Source of the DNA: a bacterium
Lineage (GTDB): Bacteria; Zhuqueibacterota; Zhuqueibacteria; Oceanimicrobiales; Oceanimicrobiaceae
Direction: 5' to 3'
DNA length: 28,239 nucleotides
NCBI GenBank assembly: GCA_046757165.1
Contig: JBHHXT010000049.1
Location: 1-28,239 of the forward strand
Shown here one piece after another: positions 8,673 through 18,183 of this stretch (the first letter of the stretch is position 1; each line of letters begins with the position of its first letter). Under the pieces are notes generated by a model. It had not been told where the DNA came from. It saw only the letters and a program-made list of their open reading frames with translations, and searched no databases. A program made the position numbers and the translations under genes.

Positions 8673-11600
8673 ATGGTTCATAAATCGTTTATGACCTTGT
8701 TCGCCGTGCTCCTTTTGTCCTCCCTGGCTTTTTCCCAGAGCGGAAAGATCTCGGGAAAGGTTCTCGACCGCGAGACCGGTGACGCATTGCCTGGAGCCAA
8801 CGTTGTCGTCGTTGGAACGACCCTGGGTGCGGCCACTGACGTCAGCGGCGAATTCGTCATTTTGTCGGTACCGACAGGCGTGTATTCGTTGAAAGCCTCG
8901 TTTATCGGCTACCGTGACGTAACCATTGATAATATCCGTGTCAGTTCCGGCTTGACCACGGCCCTGGATTTCGGGTTGCCGAGCGAAGCTCTGGAAGTCA
9001 GCGAAATCAGTATCGTGGCAGAGCGCCCGCTGGTCAACAGGAACGCCACCAATGCGGTTCGGATTCAAGGGTATGAAGATTTCAAGAATCTGCCGATTCG
9101 TGGTGTGGCCGCCGCTGTGGCGCTGCAACCGGGCATCGTCACCGTCAACAACGCCATCTTTATCCGGGGCGGCCGTGAGAACGATACCGGCTTTTACCTG
9201 GAGGGGGCAAGCGTCCGTGACAAAATGGGCGACGCATCCAGTGCCCTTGGCGGTGACAATCCGGTGGGCGTGATTCCGGAAGCATTGGAAGAGTTTCAAA
9301 TTCAGGCCGGCGGCTATACGGCTGAGTTTGGCGGCGCCAATGCCGGGATTGTTCGCCAGACCCTGAAGAGCGGGGGGCCCGAATACGGCTTGACCGTGCA
9401 GTTTGAAACCGATGATGTTGCCAGCCAGGGCGACGAGTTCCTGAGCACCAATTCTTTTGGCTACAAGGATTTCACGGCAACTTTCAGCGGCCCGGTGCCG
9501 GGCACCGACAACAAGCTGCGATTCTTTGTTGCCGGCCAGAGACGGCTGATGGATGACCGCATTCAACGCTTCAACCGCGGCTTTAGATTCGAGCATTCCG
9601 ATACGCCGGACTTTGCCAACAACCGCTTTCCCTTCATTCTGGAAACCAACCGTCTGGCTCAAGGGGAGGAATTGGATGAAGATGGCTACAGCCCGCTCGA
9701 GCGAAGGTTGCAGAAACAAGGCCTTTTCATGCCAAGCGGCAATGTCCCCAACGCGGAGCGCGAAGAGTGGATTGGCAACGGCACGCTCGTTTACGATGCC
9801 AAGCCGTTTATCTTCCGCATCGGTGGCTCGCTCTCCTGGCGCCAACAGGACGAAGTGGTCGGCAATTTTTCGCAGATGCTGTTCAATCAGAACCGCATCG
9901 AGCAGGAAGAAGTGAGCACGGCGTTGGTGAATGCCAAACTGACCCATCTGGTGGGGTCGAAATCCTTCTATGAAGTGAATTTCAACTACTTTGACCGCCG
10001 GGAATTTCAGTACGATCCCATTTTCAAAGACAACTTCTGGGCCTACTGGGATAGTACGGCCAGTGCCCAAAAAGGCATTCAGTTTACCAGCCTGATCAAT
10101 CCCTGGCAGGGCGGCACGCTGCCTATGGAGCTCTATGGTTTCGATTTTGAGGCTCCGGGTTCCCCCGCCAATTCGAACATGATCAAGAACAAGCGCGGCT
10201 ATGTAGGCGGGTCGTTCAACTTCACGACCCAGTTGCCACAGCACGAAGTCAAGTTCGGGGCCTCTTACGAGCGCTGGACGGCGAGAAACATGCAGTATAG
10301 CTCCTTTGATGCTCGCCGTGCTCTGGTCGGGGCGAGAAATAACCCCGATATCTACCGCGCTGCGTTGGACGGCGATGCCAAAGCGCTGCGAGAGTTTGCT
10401 GTTTTGGTCCGAGGCCCGCGCTTGAGCTTTGGCTATGATGTCTTCGGCAACGAAATCGATGTCGACGGCGTCGACGGCCCGCGCCATCCAAAGTACTTTT
10501 CAGCCTATTTGCAGGATAAGTTCGAAGCCAACGATCTGGTGATCAACGCCGGTGTCCGCGTCGACGTGATCGACAACGATGACTTCGAGTTTACCGACAA
10601 TAGCGCTCCGCCGTGGGACCGGGATTTCCGCGGGCTGGATGAAGACAAGCTGATCGAAACCGATGCCGATGTGGAAATCAGTCCGCGCCTGGGAATCGCC
10701 TTTCCGGTGACCGACCGGACGGTGTTTCATATGCAGTACGGCCGCTTCGTGCAGGCACCGCGTCTGACCGACCTGTACAACGGCTCGATCTGGTATGATG
10801 CGGTTTTCACTGGCGGCACTTCATTCCAGACCAACACCACCGGTCAGGGGTTGGACCCGGAAGTGACGACCCAGTATGAAATCGGCTTCAACCAGCAGTT
10901 CACCGACAATGCTGCCTTCGATGTCACGACCTTCTACAAGAACATCAGAGATCAGATTACCCTCTTGAGGGTTGTGGCAGACCCCACCTCCGGCGCCAGG
11001 GATTACAATATCCTGACCAATGGCGATTTCGCCACCACCGCCGGGGTTGAAATGTCGTTGACGTTGAGACGGACCAGCCGCGTGCAGGGGCAGATGAACT
11101 TCACCTTCTCCAGAGCGCTGGGGACAGGTTCGGTGCCAAGCTCCACCATCTCCGCTATTGAAACGGAGGAAACGCTGCCGACGATCATTTCTCCGCTGGA
11201 TTTCCACCGCTCGATTTCAGGCTCGTTCACCCTGGACTACCGCTTTGGTCGCGGCGATGGCGGCCCGATTCTCGAGCAGTTGGGTGCAAATATGCTCTTC
11301 ACCTTTAGAAGTGGTCACCCCTACACCCTGTCCAAGGGGGACCTGGGCCAGCAAGACGAATCTCTGGGCGGACAGATCACCGACCCGCGCTCACGCGAGC
11401 CGCTGGAGAGCATCAACGATTCGACCACGCCGTGGAACTTTCAGATCAATTTGCGGCTTGACAAGACCGTTAATTTTGGCAAGTTCAACACCAATTTCTA
11501 TGTCTACGTCCTGAATCTGCTCAATCGCGAGAACGTGATCAACGTTTTCAACAGAAGCGGCAATGCTTTCAACGACAGCTTCTTGGACGATCCGGCATTG

Positions 11601-11810
11601 AGCGCTTCGGTTTTGCAAGCGCGGGAGAATCTGGCGAGCCAGAATGGTCTCGATCCGTCGATTGGCCGGCAGGCGTATGAGGCGTTGTATCGGGCCATCA
11701 ACCTGGGCGGCAACGGCTTGAACTATCGTCAGGACCAGAGCAACACCTCCGGTCTGGAAGTGCTCGGCTTTCCGCGCCAGATCCGTTTCGGGGCCAGATT
11801 TGAATTCTAA
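8673..11810 (+). CDS. TonB-dependent outer-membrane receptor
   Basis: SD AAGGAGG, signal peptide, GKISGKVLDRETGDALPGANV (carboxypeptidase-regulatory-like domain), plug IFIRGGR..E..FYLEG and GGYTAEFG.A..GIV, barrel ISPRLGIAFP and L.PE.TTQYEIG, C-terminal PRQIRFGARFEF. Confidence 0.95.
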   Translation: MVHKSFMTLFAVLLLSSLAFSQSGKISGKVLDRETGDALPGANVVVVGTTLGAATDVSGEFVILSVPTGVYSLKASFIGYRDVTIDNIRVSSGLTTALDFGLPSEALEVSEISIVAERPLVNRNATNAVRIQGYEDFKNLPIRGVAAAVALQPGIVTVNNAIFIRGGRENDTGFYLEGASVRDKMGDASSALGGDNPVGVIPEALEEFQIQAGGYTAEFGGANAGIVRQTLKSGGPEYGLTVQFETDDVASQGDEFLSTNSFGYKDFTATFSGPVPGTDNKLRFFVAGQRRLMDDRIQRFNRGFRFEHSDTPDFANNRFPFILETNRLAQGEELDEDGYSPLERRLQKQGLFMPSGNVPNAEREEWIGNGTLVYDAKPFIFRIGGSLSWRQQDEVVGNFSQMLFNQNRIEQEEVSTALVNAKLTHLVGSKSFYEVNFNYFDRREFQYDPIFKDNFWAYWDSTASAQKGIQFTSLINPWQGGTLPMELYGFDFEAPGSPANSNMIKNKRGYVGGSFNFTTQLPQHEVKFGASYERWTARNMQYSSFDARRALVGARNNPDIYRAALDGDAKALREFAVLVRGPRLSFGYDVFGNEIDVDGVDGPRHPKYFSAYLQDKFEANDLVINAGVRVDVIDNDDFEFTDNSAPPWDRDFRGLDEDKLIETDADVEISPRLGIAFPVTDRTVFHMQYGRFVQAPRLTDLYNGSIWYDAVFTGGTSFQTNTTGQGLDPEVTTQYEIGFNQQFTDNAAFDVTTFYKNIRDQITLLRVVADPTSGARDYNILTNGDFATTAGVEMSLTLRRTSRVQGQMNFTFSRALGTGSVPSSTISAIETEETLPTIISPLDFHRSISGSFTLDYRFGRGDGGPILEQLGANMLFTFRSGHPYTLSKGDLGQQDESLGGQITDPRSREPLESINDSTTPWNFQINLRLDKTVNFGKFNTNFYVYVLNLLNRENVINVFNRSGNAFNDSFLDDPALSASVLQARENLASQNGLDPSIGRQAYEALYRAINLGGNGLNYRQDQSNTSGLEVLGFPRQIRFGARFEF

Positions 11811-11824
11811 TGTGGACGCCTGTT

Positions 11825-11866
11825 AGATGGGTCCTGGACACTGACTGATGTTTGCGGGACCCATCT
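11825..11866 (+). other. Intercistronic stem-loop without U-tract
   Basis: AGATGGGTCC (11825-11834) pairs with GGACCCATCT (11857-11866), just after the TBDR stop. Confidence 0.7.
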
Positions 11867-11915
11867 CAATCCCTTAGCAGTAAATGGCTAACTAACTTAG
11901 GAGGCATGGGATATA

Positions 11916-14900
11916 ATGAAGCGAATTCTTATGATTCTACCTGTTTTTCTGGTGCTGGCGTTGGGTTTCAGTCATCCGATGCTGGCCAAGGAAAAAGGGG
12001 TGGACAGCGTCGATCACTTATTCAGTGGTTCAACACAACAGACTGTCACCAATCGTACCCTGGTCAATGTGGGTCAGGTGGCGATGTGGATTTATTCGAC
12101 CGGCAGGTCATCGATTACCCCGGCCGGCAACAGCGGGTTGATCTTCCCGCGCGGAAGCTCACCGGTGACGGGCGCCATTTTTGAGGACGGCCCGATCTGG
12201 GGCGGTCTCGTCAATGACGGCTCGGAGCCGGTGTTGCGCGTGGGTGGCGGAACCTACAGTGAGGGAACCGTCGCCGGCGCCATCGTCCGCCGGGGGGTTG
12301 CGGAAGACAAAAACGACCAGCAGAATGTCGACCGCATCTGGCGTATTCGCCGCGACTTTTTAGACGCGAATTTGAGGCAGGATGCGGCTGAGTTCAACAG
12401 CATCTCAGCAAGCAGTGTCACAGATGCCCAAATCAAGCAGCTTCGCGATATTTATCGGCAGGACTGGATCGACTGGCCAGTCCACAAGGGTGCGCCCTTT
12501 TACGATGCCGATGGCGACGGTGCTTATAATCCCGCGTTTAACGCCGACGGCTCGCCAAAACTGGCGCCGCAAGGGGAGGAAGTCTATGACCCGGCGGTCC
12601 ATGCAGACGAGCCCGGGGTTGCGGATGCCGACCAGGTTGTCTGGCTGGTCTCCAATGACCTGGATCCGCAGGCCGTTCAGACTCTGTACGGATCGCCGTC
12701 GATCGGGATGGAAGTGCAGACCACCTTGTGGGCCTATGCCCGTTCTGATGCACTCGGCCAGATCGTTTTCAAGCAGTTCCGCTTTATTTACAAGGGAACC
12801 GCCACCACTCCGGAGAATGCCACCATCGACAGCTTGCATTTTTGTCAGTGGTCGGATCCGGATCTGGGCAGTTTTGGCGACGACTTTGCGGCTTCTGATG
12901 TCGGGTTGAGCCTGGTCTATGCCTACAACTCCAGCTCCAACGATGCCACCTATTCGGCAGCAGGTTTGCCGCCACCGGCCTCCGGCTACGACTTTTTCGC
13001 CGGGCCTCTGGTTCCGGACCCGGAAGGGGAGGCGATTTTTGGTTTGGAGAAGCGGGCTGGCTTCCGGAATCTTCCGATGACGACGGCGGGATTCTTTGCC
13101 GCCGGCGGTCAGGATTCCGACCCGACGCGTGGCGGTGACTATAACGGCACGCTGCAGTGGTGGAACCTCCTGCGCGGCTTTCGTCCGCGCCCGGAAACGC
13201 CCGCCACACCGTGGATCAATCCGCTCACTGGTGAGGTCACCAAGTTCGTCCTGACGGGCGATCCGGTTGCCGGTACCGGCTGGATTGATAGTAACCCGGG
13301 CGACCGCCGAATCCTGGCAGCTTCCGGTCCTTTCACCATGGCAGTCGGGGATACGCAGGAGACGGTCATCGCGGTCATGGCCTCGCTCGGTTCCGACAGG
13401 CTTTCAAGTGTGGCGGTGTTGAAGTTTACCGACCGGTTCGCACAGGAAGCGTTTGACAATTTGTTCGAATTGCCGAAAGCGCCGCCGAAACCGATCGTCA
13501 GTGCTTCGGAATTCGATGGCAAAATCCTGCTCAACTGGGGCTTCAATCCTGGCGGCGTGGTTGCCACCGAACAAACGGTGGACAAGGGCTATGCCTTTGA
13601 AGGCTACAATGTTTATCAATTGCCTTCGGCAGGTGCCAGCCTGAATCAAGCGACGCTGCTGGCGACCTTTGATGTCATCAACGAGGTCACGGTGATTTCA
13701 CAAGAGCAGTTTGATCAGGCCTCCGGTCTGGTTTTGAATCTGCCGGTGCAGCAAGGCACCAACAGCGGCATTTCCCGCACGTTGACCGTTTCCACGGACG
13801 CCATCCGCGAGCTCGACCTGATCAATGGCCAGTCCTACTTCTTTGGCGTCACAGCGTACAACTTCAATGGCGCGCTAACGGTCAAATCACTCGAGAGCAC
13901 GCCGACGATTGTCACCGTCGTGCCACAAACCACCAAGCCGGGTGTCCGGTTTCAGGCGGCCATCGGCGATACCGTTCCCGCGGTGGACCATGTCAACCTG
14001 GCGGGCGGCGCCCTGAGTGACGGTCGCGTTGTGCCCGTTGTGGTGGACCCGTCCGCCATCACCGGAGACAGTTATGAAGTCGGATTTCAGGATGTCGTGG
14101 TCGATAATTCCGATCCGGAGCATCCTGTGACCGAGATCGGGTGGTATTTGTTCAATACCTCGAGTGGCGATACCATCTTGCAGAACCAGTTCAATCAGTC
14201 GGGCGATGCCGATTACCTGATCACCGAAGGATTGCAAGTCAAAGTCCTCGGGGCGCCGTCCGAGATCGCCACCGCGCCTGGCTCAGAAGCCGACGGCATG
14301 GTGGAGGTCATGGCCGACGGTGTGCCCTTGACCGAGGATAACTTCGACGGTGCTGGCACCCCCTTCGGCGGCAATAAGGTGTGGCACAGCCTGAACGCGA
14401 GCGGGTTCTCAGACAGATATTATGTCAGCGCCGGAGGCGGCGTCGGCCAGCTCGCGCGGTTGGCGAGAAGCATTGCCGACGCGGTGCCGTTTGACTTCGA
14501 GATGCGTTTTACCACGCCGGAAGAAGGCAGTCTGGGCTGGTGGGCCTTTACCAGCGGCACGGCAGAGCCCGTTCCCTTCACCCTCTGGCGCATCGGCATC
14601 GGCACGGTGGATGATCCGAGTGATGATGTTCGACTCATCCCGATCCATTTCAGTGGCGGCACCGATGACGCCTGGGATATCAGCTATACAGATGGGGCCT
14701 TTGGCTTTATCTGTTCAGACTGGACCTACTACTATTTCGATTCACGCGGGTATGATGCCTACGCTGCGGACGCTGCCGACGGCGTTGTCGATGACGGCAC
14801 CTTCGGCGAAGTCGAATACATCGCGCGCATGATCATCTGTGACTTCGACGGAAACGGCGCGGTTGCCGGGCCGGGTTACGTCATTCGCATCTTCACCACC

Positions 14901-15302
14901 AAGCCGAACTCGCTGGATGATAAGTTCACGTTCAGCACCGGCTCTGTGGCCGCGACCAGCAGCCCGACGCAGGCAAAGGAGGATGTTCTGAATCTGGTCA
15001 ATGTCTACCCGAATCCGTACCTCGGCATCAACACCTTCGAGCCGACTCAGTTCAACCGGTTCATGACGTTCAGTCATTTGCCCGAAAAGGCGACGATTCG
15101 GATTTTCAACCTGGCAGGCATCCTGGTCAGAACGCTGGAGAAAACCGATGCCTCCCAGTTTGTGACCTGGGATCTGCAAAACGAGAACAAATTGCCGGTT
15201 GCCGGCGGTATCTACATCGCCCATATCGAAATGCCAGGTCTGGGAACCAAAGACCTGAAGCTGGCAATTATTCAGGAGCAGCAGTTCTTGCGGCGATTCT
15301 AA
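11916..15302 (+). CDS. Large secreted acidic protein with T9SS type-A-like C-terminal sorting domain
   Basis: SD AGGAGG, signal peptide, C-terminus VNVYPNPY...ATIRIFNLAGILVRTL...WDLQNENKLPVAGGIYI...KLAII. Ca-binding-like DxDGDG motifs (YDADGDG, DFDGNG). Confidence 0.85.
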   Translation: MKRILMILPVFLVLALGFSHPMLAKEKGVDSVDHLFSGSTQQTVTNRTLVNVGQVAMWIYSTGRSSITPAGNSGLIFPRGSSPVTGAIFEDGPIWGGLVNDGSEPVLRVGGGTYSEGTVAGAIVRRGVAEDKNDQQNVDRIWRIRRDFLDANLRQDAAEFNSISASSVTDAQIKQLRDIYRQDWIDWPVHKGAPFYDADGDGAYNPAFNADGSPKLAPQGEEVYDPAVHADEPGVADADQVVWLVSNDLDPQAVQTLYGSPSIGMEVQTTLWAYARSDALGQIVFKQFRFIYKGTATTPENATIDSLHFCQWSDPDLGSFGDDFAASDVGLSLVYAYNSSSNDATYSAAGLPPPASGYDFFAGPLVPDPEGEAIFGLEKRAGFRNLPMTTAGFFAAGGQDSDPTRGGDYNGTLQWWNLLRGFRPRPETPATPWINPLTGEVTKFVLTGDPVAGTGWIDSNPGDRRILAASGPFTMAVGDTQETVIAVMASLGSDRLSSVAVLKFTDRFAQEAFDNLFELPKAPPKPIVSASEFDGKILLNWGFNPGGVVATEQTVDKGYAFEGYNVYQLPSAGASLNQATLLATFDVINEVTVISQEQFDQASGLVLNLPVQQGTNSGISRTLTVSTDAIRELDLINGQSYFFGVTAYNFNGALTVKSLESTPTIVTVVPQTTKPGVRFQAAIGDTVPAVDHVNLAGGALSDGRVVPVVVDPSAITGDSYEVGFQDVVVDNSDPEHPVTEIGWYLFNTSSGDTILQNQFNQSGDADYLITEGLQVKVLGAPSEIATAPGSEADGMVEVMADGVPLTEDNFDGAGTPFGGNKVWHSLNASGFSDRYYVSAGGGVGQLARLARSIADAVPFDFEMRFTTPEEGSLGWWAFTSGTAEPVPFTLWRIGIGTVDDPSDDVRLIPIHFSGGTDDAWDISYTDGAFGFICSDWTYYYFDSRGYDAYAADAADGVVDDGTFGEVEYIARMIICDFDGNGAVAGPGYVIRIFTTKPNSLDDKFTFSTGSVAATSSPTQAKEDVLNLVNVYPNPYLGINTFEPTQFNRFMTFSHLPEKATIRIFNLAGILVRTLEKTDASQFVTWDLQNENKLPVAGGIYIAHIEMPGLGTKDLKLAIIQEQQFLRRF

Positions 15303-15311
15303 CGAGAAAAT

Positions 15312-15355
15312 GAAGTGGACCCTCACCGGTCTTGGCACCGGTGGGGACCACCTTC
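15312..15355 (+). other. Intercistronic stem-loop without U-tract
   Basis: GTGGACCCTCACCGGT-CTTGGC-ACCGGTGGGGACCAC forms an imperfect hairpin just after the 15302 stop. Confidence 0.65.
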
Positions 15356-15415
15356 GTGATCGCTGCTTTCATTGTTGAACAGAAAATTCACCAACTAATG
15401 CAGGAGAAAGTGACA

Positions 15416-16456
15416 ATGAAAACTGTTCTTTATAAAATGGTGGTCCTCTGTCTGGCCATGATGTTGCTGGTCAGTACCGATGGTATCGCTCAAGAGAACC
15501 GAATCGGAACGAACGCTGCTTCTGAATTGTTGATTCCGGTTGGCGCTCGGTACCTCGCCATGGGGGGGGCTCCGATAGCTACGGTTCGAGGCGTAGAAGC
15601 GATCTATTGGAATCCTGCCGGCGTGGCCAGATCAGACTATACGGCCGATGCCATGTTCACCCACGTGCAGCATATTGCGGATATCAATATCAACTACGTG
15701 GCTTTGAGCGTCCGTTTTGGCAATGTCGGAACCTTTGGATTCAGCGTCAAGGCGATGGATATCGGCGATATTGCGGTGACAACGGAGCTGGCTCCGGATG
15801 GCACAGGCGCAACCCTGACGCCGCAATTCGTGACTGCGGGCCTGACCTATTCGCGTGCCCTCACCGACCGAATCTCTGTTGGCGCAACCGTCAATTTCAT
15901 CAGCGAGGACCTGGAAACAGCGCGCGTCAGCGCCTCCGGTGTCGCATTTGACTTTGGGGTGCAGTACCGTGATCTTGCCAGCATCAATGGCCTGAGCCTG
16001 GCTGTGGCGATCAAGAACCTGGGACCAAGCATGTCATTCGATGGCTCCGGGTTGCTGCGGCGCTCACAGCCTGATGGCGTGGACCGTGGCCCGACTCCGT
16101 TGCAGTTGGTCTCGCAAGATGACGAATTGCCATCGTATATCACCATCGGCGCATCCTACAATGTGACGGTGGGTGAGACCAGCAATCTGGAGTTCGTCTC
16201 CACCTTCCAGGACAACAACTTCGACGATGACCATGGCAGATTCGGTGTCGAGTACAACTACGACAATCTGTTCTATGTCCGCGGCGGCTACGTTGTGTCT
16301 CCAGACGCGTCGGACGATGCCTTTATCTACGGTCTCACTGCTGGCGCCGGCTTGCACTATGATTTTCCGAACATCGGAATCTCTATCGACTATGCCTACC
16401 GCGCTGTCGATTTCTTCGACGCAAGCAACATATTCTCAATCAAGTTGGGTTTCTAG
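15416..16456 (+). CDS. PorV/PorQ (UPF0164/FadL-like) family outer-membrane beta-barrel
   Basis: Start moved to ATG 15416 (AGGAG upstream, signal peptide follows). Motifs L.IPVGAR..AMGGA, AIYWNPAG, FDFGVQY, KNLGP, G.EY....LFYVRGGY, IDYAY; ends SIKLGF. Confidence 0.9.
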   Translation: MKTVLYKMVVLCLAMMLLVSTDGIAQENRIGTNAASELLIPVGARYLAMGGAPIATVRGVEAIYWNPAGVARSDYTADAMFTHVQHIADININYVALSVRFGNVGTFGFSVKAMDIGDIAVTTELAPDGTGATLTPQFVTAGLTYSRALTDRISVGATVNFISEDLETARVSASGVAFDFGVQYRDLASINGLSLAVAIKNLGPSMSFDGSGLLRRSQPDGVDRGPTPLQLVSQDDELPSYITIGASYNVTVGETSNLEFVSTFQDNNFDDDHGRFGVEYNYDNLFYVRGGYVVSPDASDDAFIYGLTAGAGLHYDFPNIGISIDYAYRAVDFFDASNIFSIKLGF

Positions 16457-16484
16457 TGACTGACTAGATATGGTTGAGGGTTGG

Positions 16485-16517
16485 AAAAAGGCCGGGTATT
16501 GCCCCGGCCTTTTTTTT
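16485..16517. terminator. Intrinsic terminator (potentially bidirectional)
   Basis: AAAAA-GGCCGGG-TATTGC-CCCGGCC-TTTTTTTT, about 30 nt after the PorV-like stop. Confidence 0.9.
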
Positions 16518-16683
16518 GTGCATGTTTGGCCCTTCTTCATTTAGTCCTTACGCGGCGAAGCCGCAGCAAAGCTCCAATTCAATTAATAATTTGCGGTTTT
16601 CTGTCCCAGGTGCGGCTTGTACAACCGCTCAAGCCTGAGCTGTGTTGTCAGCGCGTTCGCAGATGGGTGTCAATTCATTACTT

Positions 16684-16762
16684 GTAGCCGCCACCCCTTA
16701 GTGGGTGGCTGTTATGTCCCCGCATGGTGATTCATATCGATAAATGCCCCACAAGGGGGCAT
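16684..16762. repeat. GTAG-type REP-like inverted doublet, copy A
   Basis: GTAGCC-GCCACCC-CTTAGT-GGGTGGC and inverted ATGCCCC-ACAAG-GGGGCAT. Same loop core as the copies at 22530-22590. Confidence 0.7.
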
Positions 16763-16790
16763 GGAGACCGTGCAGGGATCGGTGCTTCAT

Positions 16791-16943
16791 CTGGTTCCCA
16801 AACTCCAGTTTGGGGAACCAGGATGAGCGGAGCAACTCCGTTTCGACTCCCTGCTTCCAGACGTCTGCGGCTGATGGAGCAGCTGAACAGATGCTAAACG
16901 GAGCTTAGCTGCCCAGCAGGTTCTCAAACCGGAGTTTGGGTAC
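16791..16943. repeat. REPIN/MITE-like element with palindromic ends (GTTCCCAAACTCCAGTTTGGG family)
   Basis: Left end CTGGTTCCCAAACTCCAGTTTGGGGAACCAG; inverted right end GGTTCTCAAACCGGAGTTTGGGTAC; inner inverted pair CTCCGTTT/AAACGGAG. Confidence 0.75.
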
Positions 16944-18051
16944 TTGCATGAGAGTCCCCCAGCGTCTCCTGCCACACACGCAGAAAATTCTCTCCCAGAA
17001 TTTTCTTGATGCGTTCAGGAGAATACCCCAGATCCAGCATGCTCTGCGTCAGCACTGGCAAGTCTGTTGCGTCCTGCATGTCCTGTGGAATACTCGAGAT
17101 CCAGCCGTCGAAATCAGTGCCGATGGCGGCGTGATCTTCTCCGACTTCACGAACAATGTGGTCGATGTGCTGCACGACGATTCTCGAGTCCGGTTTTTCC
17201 CGGTCGCCGGACAGAAAGTCCATCGCGAGAATGACCCCGACGAGGCCGCCCGTGTCGGCGAGGGCGTGCAAAGCCTGATCGCTGATGTTGCGGGCATGGT
17301 CGTGAACGGCCGACAAACCGGCGTGGGTCACAATGACCGGCTTGTCGCTGGCCTGGCAGGCGTCGAGCACCCCCTGATGGTTGACATGGGCGACATCCAC
17401 CAGCATGCCGATCTCGTTCATCTTGCGAATCAGTGTCTTCCCGAACCGGGTTAAGCCGTCCGTTGTGTTGCGGCCCAGGCCCAATGCTGGCGTGGCCACG
17501 TCGTTCTTCGAAAAATGCGCCAGGGTCAAGTAACGAACGTGATAAGTGTGAAACAGGAACTCCAGGCGGTCCAGTCGCTGCTGTTCGGTCGCTGGCCCTC
17601 CTTCCCCCAGGCAGTGCGCGCCTTCAACCCCGGCAAAGGCTGCGATCTTGCCGTGCATGTGTGCCTGGCGCACGGCTTCCGGTCCCTTTGCCAATTCCAC
17701 CCGGTCATCCTGGTCGATGAGTGTGTGCAAAGAGTGTAGCTGCTTCTGAATATTCTGCCAACCGTTTTCAGTCTGAGCCGGCCAGTGATGGATGCCAAAG
17801 GCGCCGAGGGTGTAACCGCCCGCCACCATGCGAGGAATGTCAATGTGATTATAAAATGGGCGGTGCAGCTTCATCAATTTGGCAAGGGCCTGGGTGAGGT
17901 AAAACAGCCAGCGTCGCTTTTGGGGCCGCCAGCGAGCGGTGTGCTCCTCGCGCAAATCATAGCCAAAAAGAAACTGCTGAATGATGGGATCGACATGCAG
18001 GTCGACGACAATACTTTCTGCGTGCAGCTTTTGCGCTTCGTCTGAGATCAT
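16924..18051 (-). CDS. Membrane/renal-type dipeptidase (peptidase M19, amidohydrolase fold)
   Basis: VDLHVD, HIDIPRM..GG, GVEGAH, YLTLAH, GLT.FG...I..MN..GMLVDVAH, THAG, RNISD, IGTDFDG, KILGENFLRV. The start may be 18051 (MISDEAQKLH) or up to 18105. Confidence 0.92.
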   Translation of the reverse strand: MISDEAQKLHAESIVVDLHVDPIIQQFLFGYDLREEHTARWRPQKRRWLFYLTQALAKLMKLHRPFYNHIDIPRMVAGGYTLGAFGIHHWPAQTENGWQNIQKQLHSLHTLIDQDDRVELAKGPEAVRQAHMHGKIAAFAGVEGAHCLGEGGPATEQQRLDRLEFLFHTYHVRYLTLAHFSKNDVATPALGLGRNTTDGLTRFGKTLIRKMNEIGMLVDVAHVNHQGVLDACQASDKPVIVTHAGLSAVHDHARNISDQALHALADTGGLVGVILAMDFLSGDREKPDSRIVVQHIDHIVREVGEDHAAIGTDFDGWISSIPQDMQDATDLPVLTQSMLDLGYSPERIKKILGENFLRVWQETLGDSHASTQTPV

Positions 18052-18183
18052 ACTTTCTTGCCGAGATCGTCTGCTTTTACGCGTACTCTCTTTTATGCCA
18101 TTCAATAGGTTCAGGGCGTTAGTTGTTTGTCAGGACCAACAATGGAGCAATGAAACAATGTAACCCTATCAGTGTATCAGCAA

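Noticed and set aside
8544..10487. 647-aa minus-strand ORF
   Set aside because: Antisense shadow of the TonB-dependent receptor; no RBS or motifs.
15332..15415. N-terminal extension of the PorV-like ORF
   Set aside because: Runs through the intercistronic hairpin; SD and signal peptide fit ATG 15416.
16481..16975. Short ORFs in the convergent intergenic region
   Set aside because: They translate terminator and REP-like sequence; no coding signals.
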